NCBI GenBank assembly: GCA_040954595.2
Contig: CM082587.2
Span: 11,041,403 to 11,105,402 of the forward strand
Reading direction: 5' to 3'
Length of the DNA stretch: 64,000 nt
DNA from: Balanoglossus misakiensis
Taxonomy: Eukaryota; Animalia; Hemichordata
The notes under the pieces are model-generated. The model was not told the DNA's origin, ran no database searches, and worked only from the letters and a program-made list of their open reading frames with translations. The stretch's first letter is position 1, and each line of letters starts with the position of its first letter. Below, in pieces: positions 12,017-26,445 of the stretch. Position numbers and translations under genes: made by a program.

Positions 12017-14462
12017 ATTCTGTGTTTCATGCTACCCAATATGGGTAAGTAGGTAAAAAGTCACCCTAGGCCATTTGAAATTTTGCTGAAAAAATCTCGT
12101 CTCTTACATATGTACATTTGGTAAAAGGGAAATTTTAATCACGGAGTAGAACATATTCATAAAAAATATTTGAGGGAAAGAAGGAAGTTTTTCATAGCTT
12201 TGGTGCTTCAAATAGTAGAGAGGTTCCCTTGTTATCCTTAGACTCAAACTCAGAGTTTCCAATCTTTCAGTATTTTCATGATATTACTTTCCATCTTAGA
12301 TTTGTTCATCTAAACAAACTGACTGATAGGTATACATGAACATTTTATTGACTAATGAATGTGCCTGTATGTTGCAATTTAAAGAAGTCAGATATTAAAC
12401 GAGTGCCACACCTGTTTTAATCAGCCTCCATATGGAGGGTACACATCGCAGAGAGATGACAAACCCCATGCAAATTCAAGTAATATGGCTCAATGGTGCT
12501 GATTTTAAAGGATAGGTGGATGATTTGAAAAATGTTATTGTGGAAAAAGATGTGTAAAATTTGGCAGCTTGTGAGGCTTTAATTGTAAAATCTTTGAAAT
12601 ATGTTTTACTCTTTAGGTCCAATTTTGTATATGTCAATATACCATTGGGACCAATGTGAAATTGTTCTAAACTCAGAAACTCAAGAAGGTACTGGTCAGA
12701 TTGCTTTAGAAATTGGTGTGTGTTTATGTTATTGAGACTTTATACAGATATTGTTTTTCATTTTTGAAGTATATTTTTGGGGTGATTTTGGTCGTCATAT
12801 ACTCAGAAACCTCTATCCACATTTTTTTTAAAATTTGGTTTGCATGTTCTTAGGTGTGATTTTATGACAATTTAACAAACCCAGTGATGGAAGTGACAAT
12901 ATTGTTTTGGGTTTTTTTGGCAATTTCTGCCATTTTTGTCTGATTGCTTTGCAATTTAGTTTGCAGTTTCTAGGGAATTCTTACTGTGGTGCACAAAATT
13001 CACAAAGGTGATTTACTATCCTCATGCGCTTTGTTGAACTGGCACCCTGTTGCAAAACAGACATTACAACACTCTTTGAATTGAATTCATAGCTACCAAT
13101 TTTTCGGGGGTGTAGCACCTTTTTTATGCCTAAAACTTTGATCGAGAACTTCAAATTAAATGCAACCCTCCAAATATTTGCAATATTTCAGGTAAAATGA
13201 TATAATTTTAAAGCATAAATTTTGATGTATTCATAATCATTAAGAGAAACACATTTTGAAAATAGAATATTAATCACACTAGCAGTCATAATACTTTTGA
13301 ATCATCACTAAAGAACATATAGAAAAATTAAACAGGTTTTAATTATTTATATTTGAACGCAAAGCGTAAATTCCCTTGTGCCATGGAATTGACAATCTGC
13401 AACTGGTGGGGTCCTTCTGCCAGTAAAAAGCATCAGATAAATTCTGCATGCTCATCACCGAGGCAATTTAGGTGTACTTTTGTACTTTGAGAACTGTCGG
13501 TTTTCGCAACTGAAACTCTGTTCACAGGACAGAGGAAAAACTAGAATGACAACAGCTATGTAAGCTAACAAAAGGAACACAGAGCATAGTTCTCCATACT
13601 CACATTTTAATGCAATAATTTTTGCTGAAACTGGGGCGTCCGTGGGCAGGCAAAGGCAGTTCTAACTCGACTTGCAAATAAGGCCCATGTCTCTTGTTCG
13701 CTGAGATTGTCTGGTTCTAATAATAGCTGTAAGAACTTGATCATTGACCGAACTGTTGGTTCAATTTTGCAACATTTTATGATTTCAAGCTGTGCAATAT
13801 TTGCAACTCAGTTTCAACTTTGGTTGGAGGGATGATGATGAAGCCATTTCACTGACAAAATAGCGCTACTGACTGATGTCAATGTTTGTTTACAGTCAAA
13901 TGCATTGCCATCATAAAAATACATGTGAGAAATTTCTTATGTGTATGATACACACTTTTGTGCATGACTGCAAACTCTGAAATTCTAAGGGTTGAATTCA
14001 TTGGGTAGAATTCATGTTTTTTGGATTCTTAAACAACCAGTCACGAAAGCTAAGTGGTTACCTCAGAGAAACTGTGTTAAATTTGGTCATCAATTGCTTT
14101 AAATCACACAAGACATTCCCAGAGCTAAAGTTACTGCAGCAGTCAGTTTCAACTCAGCTTGCAAATTGGGATCATGTCTTGTGTTCGTCGAGACTGTCTG
14201 TAGTCGAGTTGACAGTCCTATGGGGTCAATGATGAACCTACAAATGTTCTTTCCAATGAAATTGTTATAAATCTAATATTCAGGATTTGCATTCATACCT
14301 TAAACAATATAACTGTATTGCAAATATGGCAACTCTTCTAAGTTACATTGGAACACCTTCTCGCCACTGTTTGTGCCAAAATGGTGAATAAGCTTTCATT
14401 TTCAAGCCTTAACATAGGCACCCAAAACAAGACAACAGCATTGCAAATATGGCATTTTTTGT

Positions 14463-14805
14463 TCAACTCTTCTCATTTGCATAGTCCAAAATGGCCGCCA
14501 AACTCCTCTAACATGTAAATTTCCTATGGTCGTCTTAAATAGCGTGTAGTATCGCATTTGAAGGGTTTTCATCAATATGGGTAACTAAAACAATTTCAGT
14601 GTGGTTGACATGGCAATATTAGACAACTGTTCTAATTTGCATAATCCAAAATGGCCGACAAACTTCTCTAACATGTAAATTTCCCTGGTTTGTCTTATAT
14701 GGTGTGTAATATCGCATTTTCACGGTTTTAATTAATATGGGTACCTAAAACAATTTCAACGTGGTTGACATGGCAATATTAGACAACTGTTCTAATTTGC
14801 ATAAT
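14463..14805. repeat. 160-bp tandem repeat, ~2.1 copies
   Basis: tccaaaatggccg(c/a)caaact.ctctaacatgtaaatttcc occurs at 14485 and 14645; ttagacaactgttctaatttgcataat is also repeated 160 bp apart. Confidence 0.8.
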
Positions 14806-15409
14806 TCGAACGCCTGCTGGATAATTTAATTTTTGCCCTTCTTGTCCCATGATTATATGTGTAATATCTCATTTTCAATGTGTTTACATGTATAAATGCA
14901 GAATCCATTTCAAACTAAGTGGGCATATTGTAGCGCCGATCTTATTTCTTAATCCGCACCACAGAACTGATGCAAGGTTTAGGACTGTATGTGGCCACTG
15001 GCCGACACCCCGGGCGAGAGGTCTCCAATTATTTTCAGCACGTAGTGTGCTTCCCGGTTGATGACATCAATATGTGTAAATGCCAAAAACCCGACCTATT
15101 GTAATACCAGTCAAATTTTCTTTGTCATTTACCATTTTTCTCTTGCATATGAAGGTTTTTCTTAAAGAGTACATACCCATATACATTTGTTTGGGAGCAC
15201 ACATCCCCACCCCCTGCCAACAATAATTGGACAACTTTATTCTTCTTATACTTCTTTTTAGTCTAAACATTCATATAGAGAAGGCAACATGTTCTTGAAG
15301 CTGCTGACTATGGAAATATGATGAAGTACATTTTCCTAGTTGTACATGTACAGTATGATAGGCCCAATGTACCAATTAGAGATGTGTGCCTTACAGGCAA
15401 CATACAATG

Positions 15410-18400
15410 TAGCTCTGCATGGCCTGGTTAATCAATGTTGACGCAAAGGTTGACCCCACCAAACACTCAAAATTAATGGGCACGACACTGGCCACTAGCT
15501 CTGCATGGCCTGGTTAATCAATGTTGACGCAAAGGTTGACCCCACCAAACACTCAAAATTAATGGGCACGACACTGGCCACTAGCTCTGGCCAGGCTAAT
15601 CAAGGTTGACGCAAGGGTTGACCCCACCAAACACTCAAAATTGATGGGCGCGACACTGGCCACTAGCTCTGGCCTGGCTAATCAATGTTGACGCAAGGGT
15701 TGACCCCACCAAACACTCAAAATTGATGGGCGCGACACTGGCCACTAGCTCTGGCCTGGCCTGGTTAATCAATGTTGACGCAAAGGTTGACCCCACCAAA
15801 CACTCAAAATTGATGGGCACGACACAGGCCACTAGCTCTGGCCAGGCTAATCAAGGTTGACGCAAGGGTTGACCCCACCAAACACTCAAAATTGATGGAC
15901 ACGACACTGGCCACTAGTTCTGGCCTGGCTAATCAATGTTGACGCAAGGGTTGACCCCACCAAACACTCAAAATTGATGGGCGCGACACTGGCCACTAGC
16001 TCTGGCCAGGCTAATCAAGGTTGACGCAAGGGTTGACCCCACCAAACACTCAAAATTGATGGGCGCGACACTGGCCACTAGCTCTGGCCTGGCTAATCAA
16101 TGTTGACGCAAGGGTTGACCCCACCAAACACTCAAAATTGATGGGCGCGACACTGGCCACTAGCTCTGGCCTGGCCTGGTTAATCAATGTTGACGCAAAG
16201 GTTGACCCCACCAAACACTCAAAATTGATGGTCACGACACAGGCCACTAGCTCTGGCCAGGCTAATCAAGGTTGACGCAAGGGTTGACCCCACCAAACAC
16301 TCAAAATTGATGGGCACGACACTGGCCACTAGTTCTGGCCTGGCTAATCAATGTTGACGCAAGGGTTGACCCCACCAAACACTCAAAATTGATGGGCGCG
16401 ACACTGGCCACTAGCTCTGGCCAGGCTAATCAAGGTTGACGCAAGGGTTGACCCCACCAAACACTCAAAATTGATGGGCGCGACACTGGCCACTAGCTCT
16501 GGCCAGGCTAATCAAGGTTGACGCAAGGGTTGACCCCACCAAACACTCAAAATTGATGGGCGCGACACTGGCCACTAGCTCTGGCCTGGCTAATAAATGT
16601 TGACGCAAGGGTTGACCCCACCAAACACTCAAAATTGATGGGCGCGACACTGGCCACTAGCTCTGGCCTGGCTAATAAATGTTGACGCAAGGGTTGACCC
16701 CACCAAACACTCAAAATTGATGGGCGCGACACTGGCCGCTAGCTCTGGCCTGGCTAATCAATGTTGACGCAAAGGTTGACCCCACCAAACACTCAAAATT
16801 GATGGGCGCGACACTGGCCGTTAGCTCTGGCCTCGCTAATCAATGTTGACGCAAAGGTTGACCCCACCAAACACTCAAAATTGATGGGCGCGACACTGGC
16901 CGCTAGCTCTGGCCTGGCTAATCAATGTTGACGCAAAGGTTGACCCCACCAAACACTCAAAAATGATGGGCGCGACACTGGCCACTAGCTCTGGCCTGGC
17001 TAATCAATGTTGACGCAAAGGTTGACCCCACCAAACGCTCAAAATTGATGGGCGCGACACTGGCCACTAGCTCTGGCCTGGCTAATCAATGTTGACGCAA
17101 AGGTTGACCCCACCAAACGCTCAAAATTAATGGGCGCGACACTGGCCACTAGCTCTGGCCTGGCTTAACAATGTTGACGCAAAGGTTGACCCCACCAAAC
17201 ACTCAAAATTAATGGGCGCGACACTGGCCACTAGCTCTGGCCTGGCTAATCAATGTTGACGCAAAGGTTGACCCCACCAAACACTCAAAATTGATGGGCG
17301 CGACACTGGCCACTAGCTCTGGCCTGGCCTGATTAATCAATGTTGACGCAAAGGTTGACCCCACCAAACACTCAAAATTGATGGGCACGACACAGGCCAC
17401 TAGCTCTGGCCAGGCTAATCAAGGTTAACGCAAGGGTTGACCCCACCAAACACTCAAAATTGATGGGCACGACATTGGCCACTAGCTCTGGCCTGGCTAA
17501 TCAATGTTGACGCAAGGGTTGACCCCACCAAACACTCAAAATTGATGGGCGCGACACTGGCCACTAGCTCTGGCCTGGCCTGATTAATCAATGTTGACGC
17601 AAAGGTTGACCCCACCAAACACTCAAAATTGATGGGCACGACACAGGCCACTAGCTCTGGCCAGGCTAATCAAGGTTGACGCAAGGGTTGACCCCACCAA
17701 ACACTCAAAATTGATGGGCACGACATTGGCCACTAGCTCTGGCCTGGCTAATCAATGTTGACGCAAGGGTTGACCCCACCAAACACTCAAAATTGATGGG
17801 CGCGACACTGGCCACTAGCTCTGGCCTGGCTAATCAATGTTGACGCAAAGGTTGACCCCACCAAACACTCAAAACTAATGGGCGCGACACTGGCCACTAG
17901 CTCTGGCCTGGCTAATCAATGTTGACGCAAAGGTTGACCCCACCAAACACTCAAAACTAATGGGCACGACACTGGCCACTAGCTCTGGCCTGGCCTGGTT
18001 AATCAATGTTGACGCAAAGGTTGACCCCAACAAACACTCAAAATTGATGGGCGCGACACTGGCCACTAGCTCTGGCCAGGCTAATCAAGGTTGACGCAAG
18101 GGTTGACCCCACCAAACACTCAAAATTGATGGGCGCGACACTGGCCACTAGCTCTGGCCTGGCCTGGTTAATCAATGTTGACGCAAAGGTTGACCCCACC
18201 AAACACTCAAAATTAATGGGCGCGACACTGGCCACTAGCTCTGGCCTGGCTAATCAATGTTGACGCAAAGGTTGACCCCACCAAACACTCCAAATTGATG
18301 GGCGCGACACTGGCCAAGGTTGACCCCACCAAACACTCAAAATTAAAGGGCACGACACTGGCCACTCTGGTCTGGTTAGGGTTGACGCAAAGGTTGACCC

Positions 18401-21400
18401 TACCAAACACTCAAAATTAATGGGCGCGACACTGGCCACTAGCTCTGGCCTGGCTAATCAATGTTGACGCAAAGGTTGACCCCACCAAACACTCAAAACT
18501 AATGGGCACGACACTGGCCACTAGCTCTGGCCTGGCCTGGCTAATCAATGTTGACGCAAAGGTTGACCCCACCAAACACTCAAAACTAATGGGCGCGACA
18601 CTGGCCACTAGCTCTGGCCTGGCTAATCAATGTTGACGCAAAGGTTGACCCCACCAAACACTCAAAATTAATGGGCGCGACACTGGCCACTAGCTCTGGC
18701 CTGGCCTGGTTAATCAATGTTGACGCAAAGGTTGACCCCACCAAACACTCAAAATTAATGGGCGCGACACTGGCCACTAGCTCTGGCCTGGCTAATCAAT
18801 GTTGACGCAAAGGTTGACCCCACCAAACACTCAAAATTGATGGGCGCGACACTGGCCACTAGCTCTGGCCTGGCCTGGTTAATCAATGTTGACGCAAAGG
18901 TTGACCCCACCAAACACTCAAAATTAATGGGCGCGACACTGGCCACTAGCTCTGGCCTGGCTAATCAATGTTGACGCAAAGGTTGACCCCACCAAACACT
19001 CAAAATTGATGGGCGCGACACTGGCCAAGGTTGACCCCACCAAACACTCAAAATTAAAGGGCACGACACTGGCCACTCTGGTCTGGTTAGGGTTGACGCA
19101 AAGGTTGACCCCACCAACCACTCAAAATTAATGGGCACGACACTGGCCACTAGCTCTGGCCTGGCTAATCAATGTTGACGCAAAGGTTGACCCCACCAAA
19201 CACTCAAAATTAATGGGCACGACACTGGCCACTAGCTCTGGCCTGGCTAATCAATGTTGACGCAAAGGTTGACCCCACCAAACACTCAAAATTAATGGGC
19301 GCGACACTGGCCACTAGCCATTGCCTGGCTAATCAATGTTGACGAAAGGTTGACCCCACCAAACACTCAAAATTAATGGGCGCGACACTGGCCACTAGCT
19401 CTGGCCTGGCTAATCAATGTTGACGCAAAGGTTGACCCCACCAAACACTCAAAATTAATGGGCGCGACACTGGCCACTAGCTCTGGCCTGGCTAATCAAT
19501 GTTGACGCAAAGGTTGACCCCACCAAACACTCAAAATTAATGGGCGCGACACTGGCCACTAGCTCTGGCCTGGCTAATCAATGTTGACGCAAAGGTTGAC
19601 CCCACCAAACACTCAAAACTAATGGGCGCGACACTGGCCACTAGCTCTGGCCTGGCTAATCAATGTTGACGCAAAGGTTGACCCCACCAAACACTCAAAA
19701 TTAATGGGCGCGACACTGGCCACTAGCTCTGGCCTGGCCTGGTTAATCAATGTTGACGCAAAGGTTGACCCCACCAAACACTCAAAATTAATGGGCGCGA
19801 CACTGGCCACTAGCTCTGGCCTGGCTAATCAATGTTGACGCAAAGGTTGACCCCACCAAACACTCAAAATTAATGGGCGCGACACTGGCCACTAGCTCTG
19901 GCCTGGCCTGGTTAATCAATGTTGACGCAAAGGTTGACCCCACCAAACACTCAAAATTAATGGGCGCGACACTGGCCACTAGCTCTGGCCTGGCTAATCA
20001 ATGTTGACGCAAAGGTTGACCCCACCAAACACTCAAAATTGATGGGCGCGACACTGGCCACTAGCTCTGGCCTGGCTAATCAATGTTGACGCAAAGGTTG
20101 ACCCCACCAAACACTCAAAATTAATGGGCGCGACACTGGCCACTAGCTCTGGCCTGGCTAATCAATGTTGACGCAAAGGTTGACCCCACCAAACACTCAA
20201 AACTAATGGGCGCGACACTGGCCACTAGCTCTGGCCTGGCTAATCAATGTTGACGCAAAGGTTGACCCCACCAAACACTCAAAATTAATGGGCGCGACAC
20301 TGGCCACTAGCTCTGGCCTGGCCTGGTTAATCAATGTTGACGCAAAGGTTGACCCCACCAAACACTCAAAATTAATGGGCGCGACACTGGCCACTAGCTC
20401 TGGCCTGGCTAATCAATGTTGACGCAAAGGTTGACCCCACCAAACACTCAAAATTAATGGGCGCGACACTGGCCACTAGCTCTGGCCTGGCCTGGTTAAT
20501 CAATGTTGACGCAAAGGTTGACCCCACCAAACACTCAAAATTAATGGGCGCGACACTGGCCACTAGCTCTGGCCTGGCTAATCAATGTTGACGCAAAGGT
20601 TGACCCCACCAAACACTCAAAATTGATGGGCGCGACACTGGCCAAGGTTGACCCCACCAAACACTCAAAATTAAAGGGCACGACACTGGCCACTCTGGTC
20701 TGGTTAGGGTTGACGCAAAGGTTGACCCCACCAACCACTCAAAATTAATGGGCACGACACTGGCCACTAGCTCTGGCCTGGCTAATCAATGTTGACGCAA
20801 AGGTTGACCCCACCAAACACTCAAAATTAATGGGCGCGACACTGGCCACTAGCCATTGCCTGGCTAATCAATGTTGACGAAAGGTTGACCCCACCAAACA
20901 CTCAAAATTAATGGGCGCGACACTGGCCACTAGCTCTGGCCTGGCTAATCAATGTTGACGCAAAGGTTGACCCCACCAAACACTCAAAATTAATGGGCGC
21001 GACACTGGCCACTAGCTCTGGCCTGGCTAATCAATGTTGACGCAAAGGTTGACCCCACCAAACACTCAAAACTAATGGGCGCGACACTGGCCACTAGCTC
21101 TGGCCTGGCTAATCAATGTTGACGCAAAGGTTGACCCCACCAAACACTCAAAATTAATGGGCGCGACACTGGCCACTAGCTCTGGCCTGGCTAATCAATG
21201 TTGACGCAAAGGTTGACCCCACCAAACACTCAAAATTAATGGGCGCGACACTGGCCACTAGCTCTGGCCTGGCTAATCAATGTTGACGCAAAGGTTGACC
21301 CCACCAAACACTCAAAATTAATGGGCGCGACACTGGCCACTAGCTCTGGCCTGGCTAATCAATGTTGACGCAAAGGTTGACCCCACCAAACACTCAAAAT

Positions 21401-24400
21401 TAATGGGCGCGACACTGGCCACTAGCTCTGGCCTGGCTAATCAATGTTGACGCAAAGGTTGACCCCACCAAACACTCAAAATTAATGGGCGCGACACTGG
21501 CCACTAGCTCTGGCCTGGCTAATCAATGTTGACGCAAAGGTTGACCCCACCAAACACTCAAAATTTATGGGCGCGACACTGGCCACTAGCTCTGGCTTGG
21601 CTAATCAATGTTGACGCAAAGGTTGACCCCACCAAACACTCAAAATTAATGGGCGCGACACTGGCCACTAGCTCTGGCCTGGCTAATCAATGTTGACGCA
21701 AAGGTTGACCCCACCAAACACTCAAAATTAATGGGCACGACACTGGCCACTCTGGCCTGGCTAATCAAGGTTGACGCAAAGGTTGACCCCACCAAACACT
21801 CAAAATTAATGGGCGCGACACTGGCCACTAGCTCTGGCCTGGCTAATCAATGTTGACGCAAAGGTTGACCCCACCAAACACTCAAAATTAATGGGCGCGA
21901 CACTGGCCACTAGCTCTGGCCTGGCTAATCAATGTTGACGCAAAGGTTGACCCCACCAAACACTCAAAATTAATGGGCGCGACACTGGCCACTAGCTCTG
22001 GCCTGGCTAATCAATGTTGACGCAAAGGTTGACCCCACCAAACACTCAAAATTAATGGGCGCGACACTGGCCACTAGCTCTGGCCTGGCTAATCAATGTT
22101 GACGCAAAGGTTGACCCCACCAAACACTCAAAATTAATGGGCGCGACACTGGCCACTCTGGCCTGGCTAATCAATGTTGACGCAAAGGTTGACCCCACCA
22201 AACACTCAAAATTAATGGGCACGACACTGGCCACTCTGGCCTGGCTAATCAAGGTTGACGCAAAGGTTGACCCCACCAAACACTCAAAATTAATGGGCAC
22301 GACACTGGCCACTCTGGCCTGGTTAATTAATGTTGACGCAAAGGTTGACCCCCCAAACACTCAAAATTAATGGGCACAACACTGGCCAAGGTTGACCCCA
22401 CCAATCACTCAAAATTAAAGGGCACGACACTGGCCACTCTGGCCTGGTTAGGGTTGACGCAAAGGTTGACCCCACCAAACACTCAAAATTAATGGGCACG
22501 ACACTGGCCACTCTGGCCTGGTTAAGGTTGACGCAAAGGTTGACCCCACCAAACACTCAAAATTAACGGGCACGACACTGGCCACTCTGGCCTGGTTAAG
22601 GTTGACGCAAAGGTTGACCCCACCAAACACTCAAAATTAATGGGCACGACACTGGCCACCCTGGCCTGGTTAAGGTTGACGAAAAGGTTGACCCCACCAA
22701 ACACTCAAAATTAATGGGCACGACACTGGCCACCCTGGCCTTGTTAAGGTTGACGCAAAGGTTGACCCCACCAAACACTCAAAATTAATGGGCACGACAC
22801 TGGCCACCCTGGCCTGGTTAAGGTTGACGCAAAGGTTGACCCCACCAAACACTCAAAAATAATGGGCACGACACTGGCCACCCTGGCCTGGTTAAGGTTG
22901 ACGCAAAGGTTGACCCCACCAAACACTCATAATTAATGGGCACGACACTGGCCACTCTGGCCTGGCTAATCAATGTTGACGCAAAGGTTGACCCCACCAA
23001 ACACTCAAAATTAATGGGCACGACACTGGCCACTCTGGCCTGGCTAATCAATGTTGACGCAAAGGTTGACCCCACCAAACACTCAAAATTAATGGGCATG
23101 ACACTGGCCACTCTGGCCTGGTTAATCAAGGTTGACGCAAAGGTTGACCCCACCAAACACTCAAAATGAATGTGCACGACACTGGCCACTCTGGCCTGGT
23201 TAATCAAGGTTGACGCAAAGGTTGACCCCACCAAACACTCAAAATTAATGGGCACGACACTGGCCACTCTGGCCTTGCTAATCAATGTTGACGCAAAGGT
23301 TGACCCCACCAAACACTCAAAATTAATGGGCACGACACTGGCCACTCTGGCCTGGCTAATCAATGTTGACGCAAAGGTTGACCCCACCAAACACTCAAAA
23401 TTAATGGGCACGACACTGGCCACTCTGGCCTGGTTAATCAAGGTTGACGCAAAGGTTGACCCCACCAAACACTCAAAATTAATGGACACGACACTGGCCA
23501 CTCTGGCCTGGTTAATTAATGTTGACGCAAAGGTTGACCCCACCAAACACTCAAAATTAATGGGCACGACACTGGCCACTCTGGCCTGGTTAATTAATGT
23601 TGACGCAAAGGTTGACCCCACCAAACACTCAAAATTAAAGGGCACGACACTGGCCACTCTGGCCTGGTTAAGGTTGACGCAAAGGGTGACCCCACCAAAC
23701 ACTCAAAATTAATGGGCACGACACTGGCCACTCTGGCCTGGTTAAGGTTGACGGAAAGGTTGACCCCACCAAACACTCAAAATTAATGGGCACGACACTG
23801 GCCACTCTGGCCTGGTTAAGGTTGACGGAAAGGTTGACCCCACCAAACACTCAAAATTAATGGGCACGACACTGGCTACTTTGGCCTGGTTAAGGTTGAT
23901 GCAAAGGTTGACCCCACCAAACACTCAAAATTAATGGGCACGACACTGGCCACCCTGGCTTGGTTAATTAATGTTGACGCAATGGTTGACCCCACCAAAC
24001 ACTCAAAATTAATGGGCACGACACTGGCCACCCTGGCCTGGTTAAGGTTGACGCAAAGGTTGACCCCACCAAACTCTCAAAATTAATGGGCACGACACTG
24101 TGGCCACTCTGGCCGGGTTAAGGTTGACGCAAAGGTTGACCCGGCCCACCAAACACTCAAAATTAATTGGCACGACACTGGCCACTCTGGCACGGTAAAG
24201 GTTGACGCAAAGGTTGACCCCACGAAACACTCAAAATTAATGGGCATGACACTGGCCACTCTTGCCCGGTTAAGGTTGACGCAAAGGTAGACCCCACCAA
24301 ACACTCAAAATTAATGGGAAGGACACTGGCCACCCTGGCCTTGTTAAGGTTGACGCAAAGGTTGACCCCACCAAACACTCAAAATTAATGGGCACGACAC

Positions 24401-24495
24401 TGGCCACCCTGGCCTGGTTAAGGTTGACGCAAAGGTTGACCCCACCAAACACTCAAAAATAATGGGCACGACACTGGCCACCCTGGCCTGGTTAA
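15410..24495. repeat. Satellite array, ~110 units; 82-bp consensus with 87-, 78-, 74- and 48-bp variants
   Basis: Unit CTAGCTCTGGCCTGGCTAATCAATGTTGACGCAAAGGTTGACCCCACCAAACACTCAAAATTAATGGGCGCGACACTGGCCA repeats head-to-tail for ~9.1 kb. Confidence 0.98.
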
Positions 24496-24809
24496 TGAGG
24501 CAGTGAACACATGGGGGACCAGACTGACACATTAACCAATCAGGGAGCTGTATGGTGAATAAATACATATTAATAAGACCTAACCTACAAGGTCCTGTAT
24601 AATGAGGCAGTGAACACACGGGGGACCAGACTGACACGTTAACCAATCAGGGAGCTGTAAAGTGAATAATGCATAGTAATAAGACCTAACCTACAAGGTC
24701 CCTCCAATCAGCGTGCCGCAAGTGGACCTTAGAGAAGCGGATAAACCAATCAGAACATGTAATACATGTGTATAGGACGTGTAATGTAGGTCATTTTGAA
24801 ACAGGACTA
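24494..24809. mobile_element. Right terminus of a TAG..CTA (Academ-like) element with ~107-bp CCAATCAG-containing subterminal repeats
   Basis: Near-identical to ~52575-52927 and ends in TGAAACAGGACTA. Confidence 0.7.
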
Positions 24810-26003
24810 ATGTGACGGAGATTTAACCGAGCCAGGCCGTAGAAAAATCGACTTGTTCAACGTTACCAGTGTGCAACTGTTTCCGCTCTAGAGTGTCAAG
24901 GTTTTAGCCGACTTATGCTGTAGGAAATCTGAGTTGATGAACGGGAATTCAATGTTAGAAAACCCGTGTGGAAAGTATCTCTACCCGTTTGAAACTAAGA
25001 AAAGAATTTATTCTTATTTTTTTTGTAAAAAAGACAATTTTTCGAAAAAAAGTCGAAAATGGTAATTTTGTCTTGGGTGATTCAAATTATACCGCCTTTT
25101 CTGGATTTTGCAGCACTTTTTACAAGAGAACGACACTTCATGCTCCATAATATTTCCGAAAATGAAGAAAAGAGTTAATTTTTTATGATTTTTTTAAAAA
25201 TTTACCATTTTTGTCAAAATATGGCCAAAATGGCTATTTTTTCTTGAATTCCGTCAATATCTCTGCATTTTTGGAGTGGTACGGGTTTTTAACATACAAT
25301 CAACATGTCATATATGATCAGGGCACCAAATTCGAAGAACAAAGGTTTTTTTATTTTTTTTTTCTAAAAATGACATTTTCAAGGAAAATTTGTTAAAACC
25401 CAATTTTGTCTGCAGTGAGCCAAATTAGACGGTCTTTTGTGGAAATTGTATCGATATATACATACGAAGAGCATTCTATACTCCATCAGATTACCGAAAA
25501 TGTAGAAAACAGTTATTTTTCGTAATTTTCAAAAATTTACCATTTTTGACCAAAATGTGGCTAAAATTGTTATTTTCGTGTTGAATGCCGCCAGTGTCAC
25601 TGCTTTTAAGAGTCATAAACACTTTTAACATACAAGCAATTGTTTATATATGATCAGGTCACCGAATTAAAACAATAAAGAATGTTTTTCCTAAAAATGC
25701 CCTTTTTTGTGCAAAAACGAATAAAACGCAATTTTGTATTAAATCAGCTCATTCAGAGTGCATTTTTTTATAATCAGCACCATTTTTACATATAATGGAA
25801 ATTTCATACATTATCAGATATCCAAATATAAAAAAATGATTTAGATTTTAGATGATTGTCCAAAATTAGCTGATATCTAATAAATGTAGTATTGAACCGT
25901 TCTGTTCCCCCTACCCCCCCTACATTATATGCGGTACGCCGATGTCAGCTTACCCGGCAGTACTGCAGGCCGTGCCCCCAACTAACTTCGGTGTTTGAAA
26001 CGC
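24810..26003. repeat. Dispersed copy, in inverted orientation, of part of the ~2-kb repeat arrayed at 37.6-43.1 kb
   Basis: Reverse complement of ~39278-40425 and ~41293-42867; the same spurious ORF MESISTRLKL appears in all three copies. Confidence 0.92.
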
Positions 26004-26445
26004 ACTGCATGAAAAGTTGCGTTTAAGTCAGACCTAACTGTGCCGTTTATGTTGCGGTCACACAGGTTTCCCGTTATGTAACCGTCTTGCGTGACCTTCA
26101 CAGAACCGTCCGCTTATATGCCGCATTTCCGTTCAGCAGAAATGAGACGGTTTCGTCTGATAACCGACGCCAATCAGAACAACGGATCTTAGCTTATACG
26201 CACGGGGAATCGCTCGGAAACATTTCTAAATAACCCTCGTTAATCGGATAAAACGTGTAGCATGCATGTTTTGGTACAGCAATGCCCCCGCCGGCAAAAA
26301 AAACAAACACAAAAACAGTATAGTCCTAGCTAAAATATGAACTTTTTCACGAGTTGTGTGTGAGTTTTAGCAAAATAAAAAGGTCACGAACGTTTATAGA
26401 CATACACGTATGCCTACGTAAGTTGCAAGCAACTAGAAATTTAGC

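Larger units (their letters stand above)
3903..14063. repeat. Large inverted repeat: left arm 3903-4127 plus 8023-~8730, right arm ~13180-14063
   Basis: aggtaaccatttaggtttcatgac (3903) mirrors gtcacgaaagctaagtggttacct (14063). 8023-8530 is the near-exact reverse complement of ~13345-13850. Confidence 0.9.

Noticed and set aside
14925-15065. Possible SINE with an L2-like tail (GGCGCTACAATA on the minus strand)
   Set aside because: No recognisable A/B boxes and no second copy in the window.
18375-18382. TTAGGG telomere motif in satellite variants
   Set aside because: Single hexamers created by a point change of TTAAGG; there is no telomeric tract.
15410-24495. Array resembling a CRISPR locus, and the many repeated ORFs including the 294-aa ORF at 22818-23702
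   Set aside because: There are no unique spacers and no cas genes, and the context is eukaryotic. The long ORFs arise only where the unit is 78 bp (divisible by 3) and are open on both strands.
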